From Nemertoderma westbladi (taxonomy: Eukaryota; Animalia; Xenacoelomorpha): DNA of 64,000 nt. Below the pieces are notes generated by a model that had not been told where the DNA came from, made no database searches, and saw only the letters and a program-made list of their open reading frames with translations. The stretch covers positions 62,001-126,000 of the forward strand of contig JAUCBJ010001457.1 in the NCBI GenBank assembly GCA_032718475.1, in the 5' to 3' direction. Positions 61,828 through 64,000 of this stretch are shown one piece after another. Position numbers and translations under genes: made by a program. Within the stretch, counting starts at the first letter, position 1, and the number at the start of each line of letters is the position of its first letter.

Positions 61828-63072
61828 TTAACGGGAATCCACCGAGTCCGCAGAACACCATTCGTCTTCCGGGTCCGAGTCTGATAGGTTCTCGTCCAAG
61901 TCGTTATCAGACTGGGCTGCAAGGTCGTCGGGCTGTTCTACAGCCAGTCTATTGGAGGAGATCGAACTGCTCCACAGTCGGGGGCTACCCAGCGAGTTGC
62001 TAGGCGACACAGTCTTGAAACACAACCGGATCCGCAGGTCTGCCGGTAGCGACTTGTTGGACTTGTCTTTGTTGGCCTTGTCGAGCTGCCACTTCCGGTA
62101 CGTTACGAATATCCTTTCCCCGTCTATAGACTCTGCGTTACCAAGACAACTCCAGCACTCAGAGTATTCCGACTTACAATTGGACATGGGATGGCGGTTG
62201 GAGAGAGTTTCCAAGTTTACTATGAAGAAAGTGTTAAAGTGAATGTAGAAGAGTTTCTCTTTCTTCATGAGTTTAGTTTTAGAGGAAACCTCTAGTTTAA
62301 TATCATCGTATATTGGTTTCAGGTATTCCATATCGCAAACAAGTAGTTTACTCCGGGAGTGATGGTCATAGGGTTGGCTCTGGAAGAGTTTATCCCCTGC
62401 TATATTGTAGAGGGCGAGTACCAAGGAGTAGGAGTAGAGATGGAGTTGGGGGGACTCTAGATGAACGGATTGTAGGACCACGGGGGTTCGTGTGTAGGTT
62501 AGAGGGGCGTCCAGACCCCGCGGGTACAACATCATTCCGTAGTACTCAACGTACCGTCGTTGACTCGGTATCGTAACCCCTTTGCTGTTGGTTGTCCGCG
62601 CGTGGCCGTAATAAAACAAGGCGTCTAATGAATCCTTATAAAGTCCCGTAAAAAGCATATAAGCGCAAATCATAACGCCTGTGCGACCTTTCCCTGCTTT
62701 ACAATGGATAGCGGCGACGTTTTCTGTGTCGGCAGTCAACCACATGTTGATATCTCGAACGCATTCATCCATACTCGATAAAGTAGGTGGGCAGTGATCA
62801 TCGAAAGGAAAAGACGCCATTCTGTTGTGAAATTTTGAGCCGTCATATTGTCTCTCTGAACATAGATTGTATATTTTATAGTGCTTTTCGTGTTTTTGAT
62901 CTAAAAATCGCAGGACATCGTCGATGTTGTTCCGGTACACACCTTCGAGTTTGTCCGCAGGGAATCCCATTGCTATAATATTTGGGATAATATAAGTTAG
63001 ATCGAGATCGAATCCATCTTCTTGATAACGCCTCTTCTTCTTCGAGACGGCATTTCGCATCATTCTAGCCAT
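61828..63072 (-). CDS. PTEN: PTEN PIP3 3-phosphatase, intronless CDS, 414 aa
   Basis: N-terminal VSKKKRRYQEDGFDLDLTYI, FPFDDH loop, catalytic HCKAGKGRTG, GVTIPSQRRYV, C2 domain, acidic Ser-rich tail. Confidence 0.97.
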   Translation of the reverse strand: MARMMRNAVSKKKRRYQEDGFDLDLTYIIPNIIAMGFPADKLEGVYRNNIDDVLRFLDQKHEKHYKIYNLCSERQYDGSKFHNRMASFPFDDHCPPTLSSMDECVRDINMWLTADTENVAAIHCKAGKGRTGVMICAYMLFTGLYKDSLDALFYYGHARTTNSKGVTIPSQRRYVEYYGMMLYPRGLDAPLTYTRTPVVLQSVHLESPQLHLYSYSLVLALYNIAGDKLFQSQPYDHHSRSKLLVCDMEYLKPIYDDIKLEVSSKTKLMKKEKLFYIHFNTFFIVNLETLSNRHPMSNCKSEYSECWSCLGNAESIDGERIFVTYRKWQLDKANKDKSNKSLPADLRIRLCFKTVSPSNSLGSPRLWSSSISSNRLAVEQPDDLAAQSDNDLDENLSDSDPEDEWCSADSVDSR

Positions 63073-63536
63073 GCTAATGGTAATATCCTATCGCGTTAAA
63101 ATTAATGTGAAAGCAAGGAAGTATCAGATTACTGACATACTGCCGTAACGTTGTACGGTACCGGTACCTACTGTACCTAGGCTATGGACAATAAATAACT
63201 GAAAGTCTCCCTCTAACTGTGTCAGTTAGTATAGTCAGTCCTAGTCCTAGACTACATTTTCAGAACAGTTGTTTATTGTTGTGTTGGTCAGATAGATAGT
63301 GGCGCATGTTGACCGTAAATTAAAAGTGTGATCTTCAACGGAAATTGAACGTAAGTGAAATAAAGTTTAGTTTATATTGTTTTGGTTAGAAAACACCTAC
63401 ACAGTAAACAGTACATTGCTCCTTTCCCTTAATGTTTTTAATGTAATTAAATTAAGTTTATAAACTCACTATGTATTATGTAAGTTCGCTTGTTCCCCCG
63501 TCGTTTAACTTAATTTATACCAATGTAGTACAGTAC

Positions 63537-63730
63537 CAGGGACGTCGCAGCCACCCCTGCACCCCAGGGGGCGCAAGGCATGTGGGGCGCTGCCGATTTT
63601 TACAATGACGTAGTTTTTCGCGCTCAGCGAAAAAAAAATAAAAGATGGGGCCATGGCGTGTCCAGGGAAGAAATGGGGTCAGATTAGGATTAGTTATACA
63701 CCCTATACCTCTAGCTAGCACACACTAGCT
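63537..63730. mobile_element. Decayed hAT-like MITE
   Basis: Starts CAGGGACGTCGCAG with GC-rich subterminal ggggcgc/cccctg motifs; right end degenerate. Confidence 0.3.
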
Positions 63731-64000
63731 ATGAATTGTTCGCCCAACTACTAGGATCGGCATGCTGCATTGCAGCTGCATTTTTAAGAATGCTGTGCCG
63801 GCTCATCGACAAAATTGCACCGCCACAACTCCCTATCACCCATGACATTTGCTAGATCATCCGCATCTTCAAGGCCAGTGTCCTTTAAGATGCGTCTCAA
63901 GAAAGTCATGGGCTGTCCACCATGCTTATTCACTCCATGAGGCTGCCAAAGTACAAGATTATGCACTGGCTGGTCCTCACGGCGAAAGCAATGTCCTGCA
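63730..64000 (-). mobile_element. 3' end of an RTE-clade LINE (continues beyond the window)
   Basis: GHCFRREDQPVHNLVLWQPHG..GG..DTGL..M.DRELWR, stop at 63784. Confidence 0.8.

Overview
Eukaryotic, very probably invertebrate-animal, AT-rich genomic DNA dominated by repeats. It contains: (i) two same-orientation (minus-strand) copies of one BEL/Pao LTR-retrotransposon family. Copy 1 (1-7621) is an internally deleted Gag-protease-only derivative whose ORF stays open across three deletions. Copy 2 (33733-42841) sits inside a 42-bp satellite and has lost its 3' half, so its pol reads in frame into the satellite. (ii) Four unrelated minisatellite/satellite arrays (44-52, 53, 42 and 56 bp units, about 26 kb in total), at least two of which appear to be amplified ends of PIF/Harbinger-type MITEs. 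(iii) Two host genes with intronless CDSs: PTEN (intact) and an SLC35A nucleotide-sugar transporter (two +1 frameshifts). (iv) LINE fragments (CR1/L2, RTE), Helitron/Helentron-type non-autonomous pieces and a TAA-flanked MITE. (v) A ~280-bp insertion with a 14-bp TSD, a 50-bp inverted repeat and a hammerhead-ribozyme core lying between tRNA-like A and B boxes. The very long repetitive ORFs in the ORF track are by-products of the 42-bp unit. All calls are from manual reading; no database searches were run.
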